From the IMG/VR virus record IMGVR_UViG_3300047409_000236, positions 1-49,130 of that record: a DNA stretch of 49,130 nucleotides; one strand, given 5' to 3'. Source of the stretch: a virus. Lineage: Duplodnaviria > Caudoviricetes. This document shows positions 1 to 8,444 of this stretch, in pieces. The notes beneath the pieces were generated by a model. That model was not told where the DNA came from. It searched no databases and saw only the letters and a list, made by a program, of their open reading frames with translations. Each line of letters begins with the position of its first letter. Position 1 is the first letter of the stretch. The position numbers and the translations under genes were made by a program.

Positions 1-90
1 CGACGCCCTCGCCCTCGCCCTCGCCCTCGCCCTCGCCGCCCTCGCCCTCGCCCTCGCCCTCGCCCTCGCCCTCGCCCTCGCTCTCGACGC
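1..90 (+). repeat. Terminal overlap with 49041-49130 (circular assembly junction)
   Basis: 1-90 equals 49041-49130 except at position 36/49076. The overlap lies within a GCCCTC microsatellite. Confidence 0.9.
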
Positions 91-289
91 CCTCGCCTTC
101 GACGCCCTCGCCCTCGCCCTCGCCCTCGCCCTCGCCCTCGCCCTCGCCCTCGCCCTCGCCCTCGACGCCCTCGCCCTCGCCCTCGCCCTCGCCCTCTTGC
201 GGCTGGGGCTGGGGCTGGGGCTGGGGCTGGGGCTGGGGCTGGGGCTGGGGCTGGGGCTGGGGCTGGGGCTGGGGCTGGGGCTGGGGCTG
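1..289. repeat. Coding microsatellites: (GCCCTC)n encoding Glu-Gly and (GGGGCT)n encoding Pro-Gln linker
   Basis: Hexamer tandem runs at about 1-196 and 201-289, read on the minus strand as EG and PQ repeats. Confidence 0.95.
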
Positions 290-967
290 CGAAGCCTTCA
301 AGCTGGCGATTTCGCCTTTGATCCAGCGAGCGATAGCCAGAACCTCGCCCGTGTCTCCCGCGACGTCGAGGCGCGCCATGGCGCCGTCGACAAGCGCCGC
401 AGTCCACGGGTTCAAGCTTTTCAGCATCCGCTCGCCCGCCGGGAGGCTGTAACCGCAAAGCTTCACACGGGACGCCACGGCGAGCACGAAGGGCAATTGG
501 CGAAGATCGTTCGCGTCAAACTTTTTGTTGGCCTCCGCCTTGGCCAGAACCCACGCCATGAGCGTAGTGAGCAAATCCTTGAAATTCGAGGCAAACGCAG
601 CCTGCAGCGCGCGGCGTTCGATCCGGCCATCTTCCATGCCGTTGACCAATTGGTGGAGCCCGGCGGTAACCGCGTCCCGCCACTGGTACTCATCCGTCCA
701 GAACGCATGGCAGAGTTCATGGAGAAGGTAGCCTGTCCAGCGGTCAAGCTCCTCCCGCGAAACACGTGTCGCGCCCGGCATGACCGGGAAATGCACAACC
801 GCGTCAATAGCGCCGTTCCAAGCGGTGTGATGCTTGATGCTCGCCGTTCCGGTCACGCTGTCGGCGACAGCATGGACGCTGCCAGCCTTGCGGCCGGCTA
901 GCTGGATGAACGCGACAAGATTGCTCTCAACCGCGTCAAGCGCGTCGGTTAGAAGGATCATTTGCAT
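1..967 (-). CDS. N-terminal part of a CobT-like HEXXH + vWA protein (continues at 49040-48016; about 663 aa in total)
   Basis: Hand translation from ATG 967 (RBS AGGAG): MQMILLTDALDAVESNL...GYLLHELCHAFWTD...VNGMEDGRIERR...SQPQPQ...EGEGEG. The frame is open to position 1 and in frame with the vWA ORF across the junction. Confidence 0.85.
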   Translation of the reverse strand, partial: MQMILLTDALDAVESNLVAFIQLAGRKAGSVHAVADSVTGTASIKHHTAWNGAIDAVVHFPVMPGATRVSREELDRWTGYLLHELCHAFWTDEYQWRDAVTAGLHQLVNGMEDGRIERRALQAAFASNFKDLLTTLMAWVLAKAEANKKFDANDLRQLPFVLAVASRVKLCGYSLPAGERMLKSLNPWTAALVDGAMARLDVAGDTGEVLAIARWIKGEIASLKASQPQPQPQPQPQPQPQPQPQPQPQPQPQPQPQEGEGEGEGEGVEGEGEGEGEGEGEGEGEGEGVEGEGVESEGEGEGEGEGEGEGGEGEGEGEGEGV

Positions 968-998
968 TTTTGTGTCTCCTGTTTGTGCGTCTTTGGTC

Positions 999-1050
999 AA
1001 GACGCTAGCGTCTTAAACGCGAAAAGCACGCCCGTCAAGGCGTGCTTTTC
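999..1050 (-). promoter_or_regulatory. Hairpin with embedded sigma70-like promoter and a 16-bp palindrome upstream of the HEXXH-vWA gene
   Basis: Hairpin GAAAAGCACGCC-cgtcaa-GGCGTGCTTTTC at 1021-1050. Minus strand reads TTGACG-17bp-TAAGAC. Perfect palindrome AAGACGCTAGCGTCTT at 999-1014. Confidence 0.6.
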
Positions 1051-1073
1051 ACTTGTCGCCTAGGGGCGGGCGA

Positions 1074-2558
1074 TCATTCCACGGGCGTGAACGTCCCGGC
1101 CGGAACGCTTTCGCCCGGCTTCACGCTCACGGGAACCGGCGCGCCAGACATCTCGGCATCGAAGGCCTTCGCGTCGAAATTGGCGCGGATGTGCTGGCGA
1201 AGCGCCTCGCGCTCGGCGTCCGGAAGGCGCGAAAGCATGGTCACGTCAAACGCGACATCCGGGCGGAAACCATCGTCCACGGCCCGCACGAACGCGACCA
1301 TGCGGCGAAGGCTCATGGGGCGGTTTTCGAAACCGACGAGCTTGCGCACGCCGCCAATGAACGCCACGACACGATCACAAGCCGGGCGCGGCGCGCCCGT
1401 GTGATTTGCCAACGCTTGCGCCTCAAGTTCCGCCGGTAGGTAATCGACGACAAGCATCCGCGCCATACGGTCGATGAGCGCCGCATTGCCTTGGACCGTG
1501 CCAACGTAGAGCCCGGTTTCGTCGCCGTAGCCTCTGGTGTTGTCCGCGCAAACGAAAATCACGCCGTCAGCGACGGAGACACGCTCGCCCGTGGCGTGGA
1601 TGGTCAGCACGCGGCTGGACAGGAGCGTTTGCAGGAGCGCCAGCATCCCGGCCGGCGCGAACATGATTTCGTCCAAGAGGATCACGTTGCCGGCGCGCCG
1701 GATGGCTTGCGTGAGCACGCCATCCGCCCAGACCATGCCGCCGGCGCCGTCAAGCACGTACTGGCCAATCAAGTCTGTCGCCTCGACGGCGCGGTTAAAC
1801 GATATCGCCGTGAACGGGCGTCCCGTCCGCGCGGCGTATTGCTCCGGCATGGACGACTTGCCGCCACCCGCCGGGCCAGCGAGCCAGACGTTTCCGCCGC
1901 GTTCCGTCGCGGTCACCAGAAGCGCCAGCGTTGCCGGATCGATCACGTACATGGGATCACGTACCGGCGCGTCCGCCGCATCCCAGAGCGCTACCGGAAA
2001 CGACGCTTGCGCATGGCGCGGCGCGCCAAACACTTTTCCGAACGTGCTCGCGCCGGCTCGCTTCGCCGCCGGCAGTCGCTTGGCCACGGGCCGGGAGACG
2101 GCGCTGCCGTTCGCCGCAACCGGTACTTCAATCTCGACAATCCGCTCAATTTCCACGGCCGGCTTAAGCGCCGCCTCGACAATCGGCGCCAGCGCGCTCT
2201 GCACGGCTGACAGAAGCTTGTCGCTCACAAACGGGCGCAACGGATCAAGCACGCTGTCGACCATGGTTGAGCCGGCCGGCGCCTCGCCTTCCGGAGCCTC
2301 TGCTTTCGCTTTCATTTCGGTGTCTCCCGTTTCGACCGCGTCGACCGTTCCGGCGCGGCGCGCCGCGTGGCGTTCCATGATGGCTTGGACGTCGCTTTCC
2401 ACGCCAAGCGCCGTAATCGCCCGGATGATTAGCTCGCTGGTCATGTCGCGGGAAGCAAAGCCGCCGTTCGCTTGCCGGAAAGCCTCGAAACCCGGATGCC
2501 TCCGCAGCATGGCCCGCACGTCCGCCCGTTCCTCGGCCGCAAAAGTGTAGGAAATCAT
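1074..2558 (-). CDS. MoxR/CobS-like AAA+ ATPase (AAA_5 type)
   Basis: Walker A GPAGGGKS, Walker B ILLDE, ALIDR arginine finger, SLRR sensor 2; adjacent to a vWA gene. Confidence 0.88.
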   Translation of the reverse strand: MISYTFAAEERADVRAMLRRHPGFEAFRQANGGFASRDMTSELIIRAITALGVESDVQAIMERHAARRAGTVDAVETGDTEMKAKAEAPEGEAPAGSTMVDSVLDPLRPFVSDKLLSAVQSALAPIVEAALKPAVEIERIVEIEVPVAANGSAVSRPVAKRLPAAKRAGASTFGKVFGAPRHAQASFPVALWDAADAPVRDPMYVIDPATLALLVTATERGGNVWLAGPAGGGKSSMPEQYAARTGRPFTAISFNRAVEATDLIGQYVLDGAGGMVWADGVLTQAIRRAGNVILLDEIMFAPAGMLALLQTLLSSRVLTIHATGERVSVADGVIFVCADNTRGYGDETGLYVGTVQGNAALIDRMARMLVVDYLPAELEAQALANHTGAPRPACDRVVAFIGGVRKLVGFENRPMSLRRMVAFVRAVDDGFRPDVAFDVTMLSRLPDAEREALRQHIRANFDAKAFDAEMSGAPVPVSVKPGESVPAGTFTPVE

Positions 2559-2627
2559 TGTTCTGCCTCATGTTTTTCGTGTTTGGGCGTTTGGTCCCGC
2601 CCGCCGGCCACCTCGGCCGGTATGTCT

Positions 2628-2656
2628 CCCTTAGGTGATTTTCGCGGACCATGCAA
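2628..2656 (-). promoter_or_regulatory. Putative sigma70 promoter for the AAA gene
   Basis: Minus strand TTGCAT-17bp-TAAGGG, about 70 bp upstream of ATG 2558. Confidence 0.4.
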
Positions 2657-2704
2657 GCGGATTTGTGTCTCGTCCCGACAGGAGACGAGACGAAAGCACG
2701 CGGC

Positions 2705-2898
2705 CGGGAGACACGGGAGACACGGGAGACACGGGAGACACGGGAGACACGGGAGACACGCGCCCGGCGCTCAAAGGCGCCGAAGCGCCGGAGCGCCGAA
2801 GCGCCGGAGCGCCGGAGCGCCGGAGCGCCGGAGCGCCGGAGCGCCGAAGCGCCGGAGCGCCGAAGCGCCGGGAGACCGGGAGACCGGGAGAGACCGGG
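2705..2898 (+). repeat. Composite tandem array: (CGGGAGACA)x6, (GCGCCGRA)x12, (AGACCGGG)x3
   Basis: 9-mer at 2705-2758, 8-mer at 2777-2872, imperfect 8-mer at 2873-2898; read directly. Confidence 0.95.
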
Positions 2899-2965
2899 CG
2901 CGGCACGCGCAGGCCGAAGGCCGGCGCGCGCCGCACACCGCGCGCGCGGCGTAGGGCACGTCAGG

Positions 2966-3108
2966 CGCGCATCACGTCTAAAATAAAGGCCATAATGGAA
3001 AAATCCGGACGCCCGAACGGTTTGAGCCCGGCTCGCCCGACGCGCGCGGGATAAGAGCACGCATGACGCGCGTCACGTCTAAAATAAGACCGATAATGGA
3101 AAAATCCG
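2966..3108 (+). repeat. Pair of 42-bp AT-rich direct repeats, 101-bp period
   Basis: 2966-3007 and 3067-3108, 37/42 identical; core TCACGTCTAAAATAA-N5-ATAATGGAAAAATCCG. Confidence 0.9.
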
Positions 3109-3109
3109 A

Positions 3110-3409
3110 TCAGCTGAACGGTGGAGCGGTCAAGGTCGCGAGCCTTCGCGCTGCCTTGGCTTCCGCCTCATGCTCTACATTGCGGAGCCTTACCATCTCT
3201 GTGAAGAGCGCATCCGCGATCTCAATAGCGTCCTTCGCCAGTTTCCCCGCGTCCCCCCGATAACCGGAATGCGCCAGCATCCCCTGCATCGCTGCCGTAG
3301 CCACCGGCAGAAGCGGCCCCCAGCTTCCATGGTCGAGGATCGTCGCGAGGCCATTCCCGTCCTCATCGAACAGCGCGCCCTCCAGAAGCTCCTGCAAGTC
3401 CTTGTCCAT
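3110..3409 (-). CDS. Hypothetical phage protein
   Basis: MDKDLQELLEG...ATAAMQGMLA...; start chosen at ATG 3409 after a purine-rich RBS. Confidence 0.6.
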   Translation of the reverse strand: MDKDLQELLEGALFDEDGNGLATILDHGSWGPLLPVATAAMQGMLAHSGYRGDAGKLAKDAIEIADALFTEMVRLRNVEHEAEAKAARRLATLTAPPFS

Positions 3410-3526
3410 CGAACTACCCCTTGTCTCTCCGACGCCCCACCCGGAACAGACCATCTGTCCCGCTGTCGGCACGGCGATGTCTCTAACTAGTGATTTTCAC
3501 TTATGTCTCTCACTTCCGACCCTTGG

Positions 3527-3613
3527 CACCAATGTCACCTCGTGCGGGTGATCGTACCAATGAAGAAGATATCTTTCTTTCTTACTGATCATGCCCCCGA
3601 GGTGACATTGGTG
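3527..3613. other. Long imperfect palindrome; candidate replication origin
   Basis: Perfect 16-bp arms CACCAATGTCACCTCG and CGAGGTGACATTGGTG around an AT-rich centre AAGATATCTT, abutting the primase stop codon. Confidence 0.5.
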
Positions 3614-6145
3614 TCAGAGCGGCCCTTTTTCCGCTTTCTTCGTGATTTCAGCTATGACATTTTCACACATGTGAGTGTATTCCACATATTCCGCACTGAA
3701 TTTTTGCGCCACCTCGGCATTCAGAAACCATGCCCGATTGGTGTGATCCTCGATCTCCGGCACGATCCAGCCGTTGGCTTGGAACACCAGCACTGCCGAT
3801 TGGAACGTCCGCATGTCCATTCCACGCGCCGCTTGGCAGGTCCGGTCAACATCGCGCTTGGTGATTTTCACCTTACCACCCTTCGCCAACCGAATAAACG
3901 CGGCAGCCAGCGCCTGCTGGTCCTCGGCCCAGCCCTTGTTGATGCTGGCGTAGAAGATGTAGGCGTGCTTCAGCACGAAGCCCTCCATCACCAGCAAGGC
4001 CCGGTCCATTGTACTTTCGGGGATGTCGGCAGCCCAGTTGCCCATGGCGATGTCCATCAGGTGCAGGATCAGGGCGACGGCATTGAGCGTCCGCTCCTGC
4101 TTGCCGAGGAAGCTGCCGAAGCTTTCCGACGGCTCCCTGATCCGGGCGGCGACCGTCATCTTGTCGGCGAATACCCTGCGGACCTGCGCCGCGCCGGGAG
4201 ACAGGCCATATGTCTCCACCGGCAGCCGGTCGATGGTCTCGATGAGCTGCTCGAACGGGGATGAGACGACCCTCACGTTGTCGTCGTCCGGCTTGGCCGG
4301 AGCCATCATCACCGGGATGAAGCGCTGCAGCAGGCCGTCGCTGTCCAGCCGGCCCATCTCGGCGAGCCGTCTTGGCTGCACGGCTCCGGAGATCGAGCAC
4401 GACAGGTTGCCGACGATGCGCGCCGCGCCCTTGGCGCGGTCCTGCCGGTACGGGCCGCCGTCGTGCGCCTTGATGAACACGGAGCGGTCCTGCGCGCTGC
4501 CCTTGCCGCCGCCGCCGTACTTGTCCATCGCCCCGATCCAGCCGGAAAGCTCATCCCTGAAAAGACCGGCACCGCAGTCCTGCCCGGCCAGCACCTCGCA
4601 CAGCGCCTCCGTCGTCACGTCGTTGACCACGCGGCGGCGAGCTGGCGGCACCGCAGCCTCGGCGTCCTTCTGCGTCATTCCACCGAGCACCAGCGTGTCG
4701 ACGTTGAACTTGCGCCGCGTCCAGTCGCGTTGGTCCAGCCGCCGCACGATGGCCTCGATCTCGCGGATCGGCACCGACTTGCGCGTCGCCGGGTCGCCCG
4801 TCAGCATCGCCCACAGCAGCGGAGACACCATGTAGGAGCCGTGCGGCTTGGGCTTCACCTTGGTGCGGTGGTCGGCGACCGTCGAGGTAGCCATCATCGC
4901 CATCATGGCGAAGGCCGAGACATCGCAGCCGGAAGACGCCGCGTTGGTCGTCACCCAGTCGTGCGCCGGCTTGGGCAGGACGACCACCGGGAAATTCGGG
5001 CCGCCCGACTGCTCCCACGGGTTCCATTCCGACATCTTGCTGTGCAGGCTTCCGGCCCCGGCCATGCCCGGCTCGTCGGGGATCACGCCCAACGGCGCTT
5101 GGTCGTTGGCGATCATCTGCTTGATCCTGCCGACGATGTCGCTGTCCTCGCCATGGATGCCGATGAGGATTTTGCGCAGCGAGCCGAGGTCGTTCTTGTG
5201 GTCCTCCGGCAGCGTGTCCCAGACCTTTTCGGCCTCGCCGTCGCGGATCGGCCCGTCGAAGGTCGCCGACCAGTCCAGCCAAGGTTCCTTGCCATCTTCG
5301 TCCAGCGTGTTCTTGACGGCGTGACAGACGCCGGTCCACTCGCCGCGCGGGAAGGCCTTCGCCGTGTTGGGGATGGCGTCGAGGATCGCCTTCATCGTCT
5401 CGACGCTGCATGTCTCCATCGACGCCTTGGCCTTGCCGGAGACATCGTCCGGGGCGTCGAGGTCGATGCCGAAGAGGGCAGCCAGCTTGTCGAGCGTGTA
5501 GACGACCGTCGGGTTGTAGTCCTCGAACACCATCTGGAAGCCGCCGCGCCCCGGCTTGGTGTTGATGCCGGAGGGGAGACGGAAGTAGTGGACGGCGTCG
5601 CCGCTGTCCTTGATCGTGTTCGCCAGCAGCGGATGCTTGCCGGCCAGCTTCAGGAAGCGCCGCCAGCGCGCATAGTCGAACACCGGGTGCAGGCGGAAGC
5701 CGTAGTGCCAGTTGCCCTTTGACGACTGGATGCGCCACGACCACGGCGGCGCGATGATCTCGAACAGGTCCTTGTCGGTTTTGGCCCCGGTCATCGACGC
5801 GGCGACGCCGCCGCCATGGATGATGCCGACGTCCTCGGCGACAAAGGCCAGCGCGCACAGGAAATTGCTGTTGCGGCGCAGGCTGCTCTCGCCCGGCTTG
5901 AGCATCGCGTCGGGCTTGATCGCCGCGCACGAGAAGTAATGCCCGGTGTCGGCGGCGAAGCCGTCGATGACGCCGGGCTTGTAGAACTGGCCTATCCACT
6001 GGCCGGGCTCATCGACGTTCCAGACCTGCACCACCCAAAGCGGATGACCGCGCGAAAGAGACAGTGCGAACTCTTCCGATGTGGGTAGGCGCGGCTTGTT
6101 GGTGGACCCTTGCGAAGTGCCTGAAGCTGATCTATTTTCTGACAT
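3614..6145 (-). CDS. Primase-helicase: RepB-type primase + PriCT-2 + DUF3987 P-loop domain
   Basis: FVAEDVG, IQSSKGNWHYGF and FRLPSGINTK (RepB primase); EWTGVCHAVK..WLDWS (PriCT-2); GDPATRKS, DVTTEAL, RDELSGW and DGLLQRF (DUF3987-like). Confidence 0.8.
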   Translation of the reverse strand: MSENRSASGTSQGSTNKPRLPTSEEFALSLSRGHPLWVVQVWNVDEPGQWIGQFYKPGVIDGFAADTGHYFSCAAIKPDAMLKPGESSLRRNSNFLCALAFVAEDVGIIHGGGVAASMTGAKTDKDLFEIIAPPWSWRIQSSKGNWHYGFRLHPVFDYARWRRFLKLAGKHPLLANTIKDSGDAVHYFRLPSGINTKPGRGGFQMVFEDYNPTVVYTLDKLAALFGIDLDAPDDVSGKAKASMETCSVETMKAILDAIPNTAKAFPRGEWTGVCHAVKNTLDEDGKEPWLDWSATFDGPIRDGEAEKVWDTLPEDHKNDLGSLRKILIGIHGEDSDIVGRIKQMIANDQAPLGVIPDEPGMAGAGSLHSKMSEWNPWEQSGGPNFPVVVLPKPAHDWVTTNAASSGCDVSAFAMMAMMATSTVADHRTKVKPKPHGSYMVSPLLWAMLTGDPATRKSVPIREIEAIVRRLDQRDWTRRKFNVDTLVLGGMTQKDAEAAVPPARRRVVNDVTTEALCEVLAGQDCGAGLFRDELSGWIGAMDKYGGGGKGSAQDRSVFIKAHDGGPYRQDRAKGAARIVGNLSCSISGAVQPRRLAEMGRLDSDGLLQRFIPVMMAPAKPDDDNVRVVSSPFEQLIETIDRLPVETYGLSPGAAQVRRVFADKMTVAARIREPSESFGSFLGKQERTLNAVALILHLMDIAMGNWAADIPESTMDRALLVMEGFVLKHAYIFYASINKGWAEDQQALAAAFIRLAKGGKVKITKRDVDRTCQAARGMDMRTFQSAVLVFQANGWIVPEIEDHTNRAWFLNAEVAQKFSAEYVEYTHMCENVIAEITKKAEKGPL

Positions 6146-6314
6146 AGGAACGGTTTCCTCGTGTTGGTTGCTGCCCCTTCGAGCTTTGCAAGAGCTGGTC
6201 GAAGGAAACTGCAGCGGGGCTCCTCGCCCATCGTGTAGCCGGCTACGATAAGCCTGTTCCGAGGTCGCGGGCAACGCCTTTGGTCGGGCGTCCGTGACCG
6301 CCCCCGGAAAACCC

Positions 6315-6353
6315 AAGGCCCCCAGCGAGATCGTGTCTCCCGCTGGGGGCCTT
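6315..6353 (-). terminator. GC-rich hairpin downstream of the DNA polymerase gene
   Basis: AAGGCCCCCAGCG...CGCTGGGGGCCTT, 13-bp stem; contains TGTCTCC; short T run follows on the minus strand. Confidence 0.55.
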
Positions 6354-6437
6354 TCCTTTTGCAGGGGCGTGGCCGGGCTTTTGTCAGCCAGACGTCGACC
6401 AAGAGCCACGCCAGCCGGAGCGCGTCCTCGCGCGCCA

Positions 6438-8444
6438 TCACTTCTTGCCGTAACGAAGCATCACTCCGCCCTCGCACGCCACCGGAAGCCCCCACGCCCA
6501 TGCCGGAAGCGTCTCGATGGCGGTCTTCATGCTGGTGACGTAGATGTCGGGGCCGGCTTCCCAGATCAGCTCGTCGTGGACCGACAGGATCAGCTCCGTG
6601 GCGAAGCCGCGCCTCTCGATCCGCCGCGCCGCCTCCGTCATCACGTCCCTCGCGACGGCTTGGGTGACGTTTTCCGCCAGCTTGGCGCCCCACGTCCGGA
6701 TCGGTGTCCATTTCTTGGTGGTCTGGTCGACGCCGTCGAAGACGATCTCGTCGCGGCCGGCCTGCGGGCTGGAGACCAGCCTTGGGTTCCGGTAGAACAG
6801 GTGCCGCCCCGACGGCAGCTGGATCGTCATCAGGGGGACGCCGTTCCCGCCGGTCTTGGCCAGCACCTTGATGCCTCGCCGGCAGGAGACAGTCACGCGA
6901 TACGTGATCGCGGTGTGCGCCGCCACGTCGAGTTCGCGCCAGAAGCCGGTGATGTGCATGTTGGCGTTGCGCCAGCTTTGCACGATGTGCTGGCTTTCGA
7001 GGGGAGAGACAGTGAGGCCGTAGCCCTTGGCGAGTTCGACGAACTTCTTCCAGCCTGTCCCGTAACCCAGACCCAAGACCACGACCTTTCCGGCGTCTCT
7101 GGTCGGAAGACCGAGCTTGTCCCGGGTGTAGGCGTAGACGTCGCGCCCCGACGCGAACTCGTCGAGGATGTCCTGCTGCCCGGCCAGCCACGCCAGCACC
7201 CGCGCCTCGATCTGGGCGAAGTCGAACACGACGAGCACCTTGCCGGCAGCCGGCACGATCGTCCCCCGCAGGCACCGGGCGATCACTTCGAGCGGTTCCC
7301 CCCACACCGTGCGGATCAGGTCCAGCGCATCTTCGGTGCTGTTCTTGGCGAAGGCGTGCTTGACGAAGTCGACCACCCGGTCGATGGGGATCGCCTTGGC
7401 CGGCCTCGGGAAGTTCTGCGGCTGGATCAGGCGTCCGCTCCAGCGGCCGGTGCGGCCGGCGCCATAATACTGGAGGACAAAGCGAACCCGTTCGTCGGCG
7501 TCGACCGAGGCCAGCATCGACTTGAGCTTCTTGACCGAGGACTTGGCCACGCGTTGACGTATGGACAGCACCTTGGAGACAGCGTCGGGCAGCTCCGCGT
7601 CGGCGGCTGTCTCCAGCGTCTCCGCGATGGTCTCCCTGCCGACGTCGTCCAAGGGGCAGCCATTGCCGGCCAGCCACTGGCGAAGCCTCTCGGTCTGGGT
7701 GCCGGGGGACGTGACCGCGCCAAGCGTGACGATCTCGCACTCGTTGTCGAGGCGCTTCGTCTCCATCTCGGCCAGCCGGATGAACCGCTCGACCAGATCG
7801 ATGTCGAGCCTGACGCCGCGCCGGTTGGCGTGCCAGTCCATTTCGGAGACGAGCTTCTCGTCGGGGAGAAGACGCGGGATGACCCTGCCGGTGGCGCGCT
7901 CGGCCGCCACGTCCCGCACGCAGTACAAGGCCAGCCTTTCCAGCATGTCGAGGCCGAGGACCGGGTCGAGGTGCCACCACGCGGCGGGGTTGGCGTAGCC
8001 GTCGGCCGCCGCCAGCGCCTTGTCGCGCGGCTTGCACATCTTCATCATCAGCCGGTGGCCGTCGGCGTCCTTGGTGGTCCGCAGGCCCATGGCGGGACCG
8101 GCGTCCGCCAGCGCGCCGGGATAGCCGGCGTGCAGCGACCTCTGCATCGTGCAGACGAACTGGCCGGGGTCGACCGGGATGCCGAACAGGTGTTCGAGGA
8201 TCGACATCTCGAAGGCGGTATTCCAAGCGTGGACCGTGCCGCCTCCAAGGATATGGTCGCGGATCGCCTGCGGCAGCTGGCGGTCGAACTTCTGCCAGCA
8301 GTGCCAGCGCACCGGCTCGTCGTCGAAGGCCCACGCCACGCAGAGCACCGTCGTCGAGGCGTGCCGGGCATAACGCGAGACGCCGGCCCGCTTCAGGTCG
8401 ACCGTGCTTGCGGTTTCAAAGTCCAAGTGGAGGGTCGGGCTCAT
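6438..8444 (-). CDS. polA: DNA polymerase family A with 3'-5' exonuclease domain
   Basis: ExoI LDFET; YYGAGRTGRWSG..QPQNFPR; motif A DFAQIEARV; motif B RDAGKVVVLGLGYG; motif C VHDE. Confidence 0.93.
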   Translation of the reverse strand: MSPTLHLDFETASTVDLKRAGVSRYARHASTTVLCVAWAFDDEPVRWHCWQKFDRQLPQAIRDHILGGGTVHAWNTAFEMSILEHLFGIPVDPGQFVCTMQRSLHAGYPGALADAGPAMGLRTTKDADGHRLMMKMCKPRDKALAAADGYANPAAWWHLDPVLGLDMLERLALYCVRDVAAERATGRVIPRLLPDEKLVSEMDWHANRRGVRLDIDLVERFIRLAEMETKRLDNECEIVTLGAVTSPGTQTERLRQWLAGNGCPLDDVGRETIAETLETAADAELPDAVSKVLSIRQRVAKSSVKKLKSMLASVDADERVRFVLQYYGAGRTGRWSGRLIQPQNFPRPAKAIPIDRVVDFVKHAFAKNSTEDALDLIRTVWGEPLEVIARCLRGTIVPAAGKVLVVFDFAQIEARVLAWLAGQQDILDEFASGRDVYAYTRDKLGLPTRDAGKVVVLGLGYGTGWKKFVELAKGYGLTVSPLESQHIVQSWRNANMHITGFWRELDVAAHTAITYRVTVSCRRGIKVLAKTGGNGVPLMTIQLPSGRHLFYRNPRLVSSPQAGRDEIVFDGVDQTTKKWTPIRTWGAKLAENVTQAVARDVMTEAARRIERRGFATELILSVHDELIWEAGPDIYVTSMKTAIETLPAWAWGLPVACEGGVMLRYGKK

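Noticed and set aside
197-901. Plus-strand ORF starting LGLGLG...
   Set aside because: It is an antisense shadow of the HEXXH-vWA gene, which has an RBS and catalytic motifs on the minus strand.
1074-2558. Cobalamin biosynthesis auxiliary genes (cobS/cobT)
   Set aside because: No cobN or other cob genes are present; the similarity is only at the MoxR-AAA/vWA fold level.
2245-3060. Several ORFs across the tandem arrays
   Set aside because: They are low-complexity translations in all frames of stop-free GC repeats.
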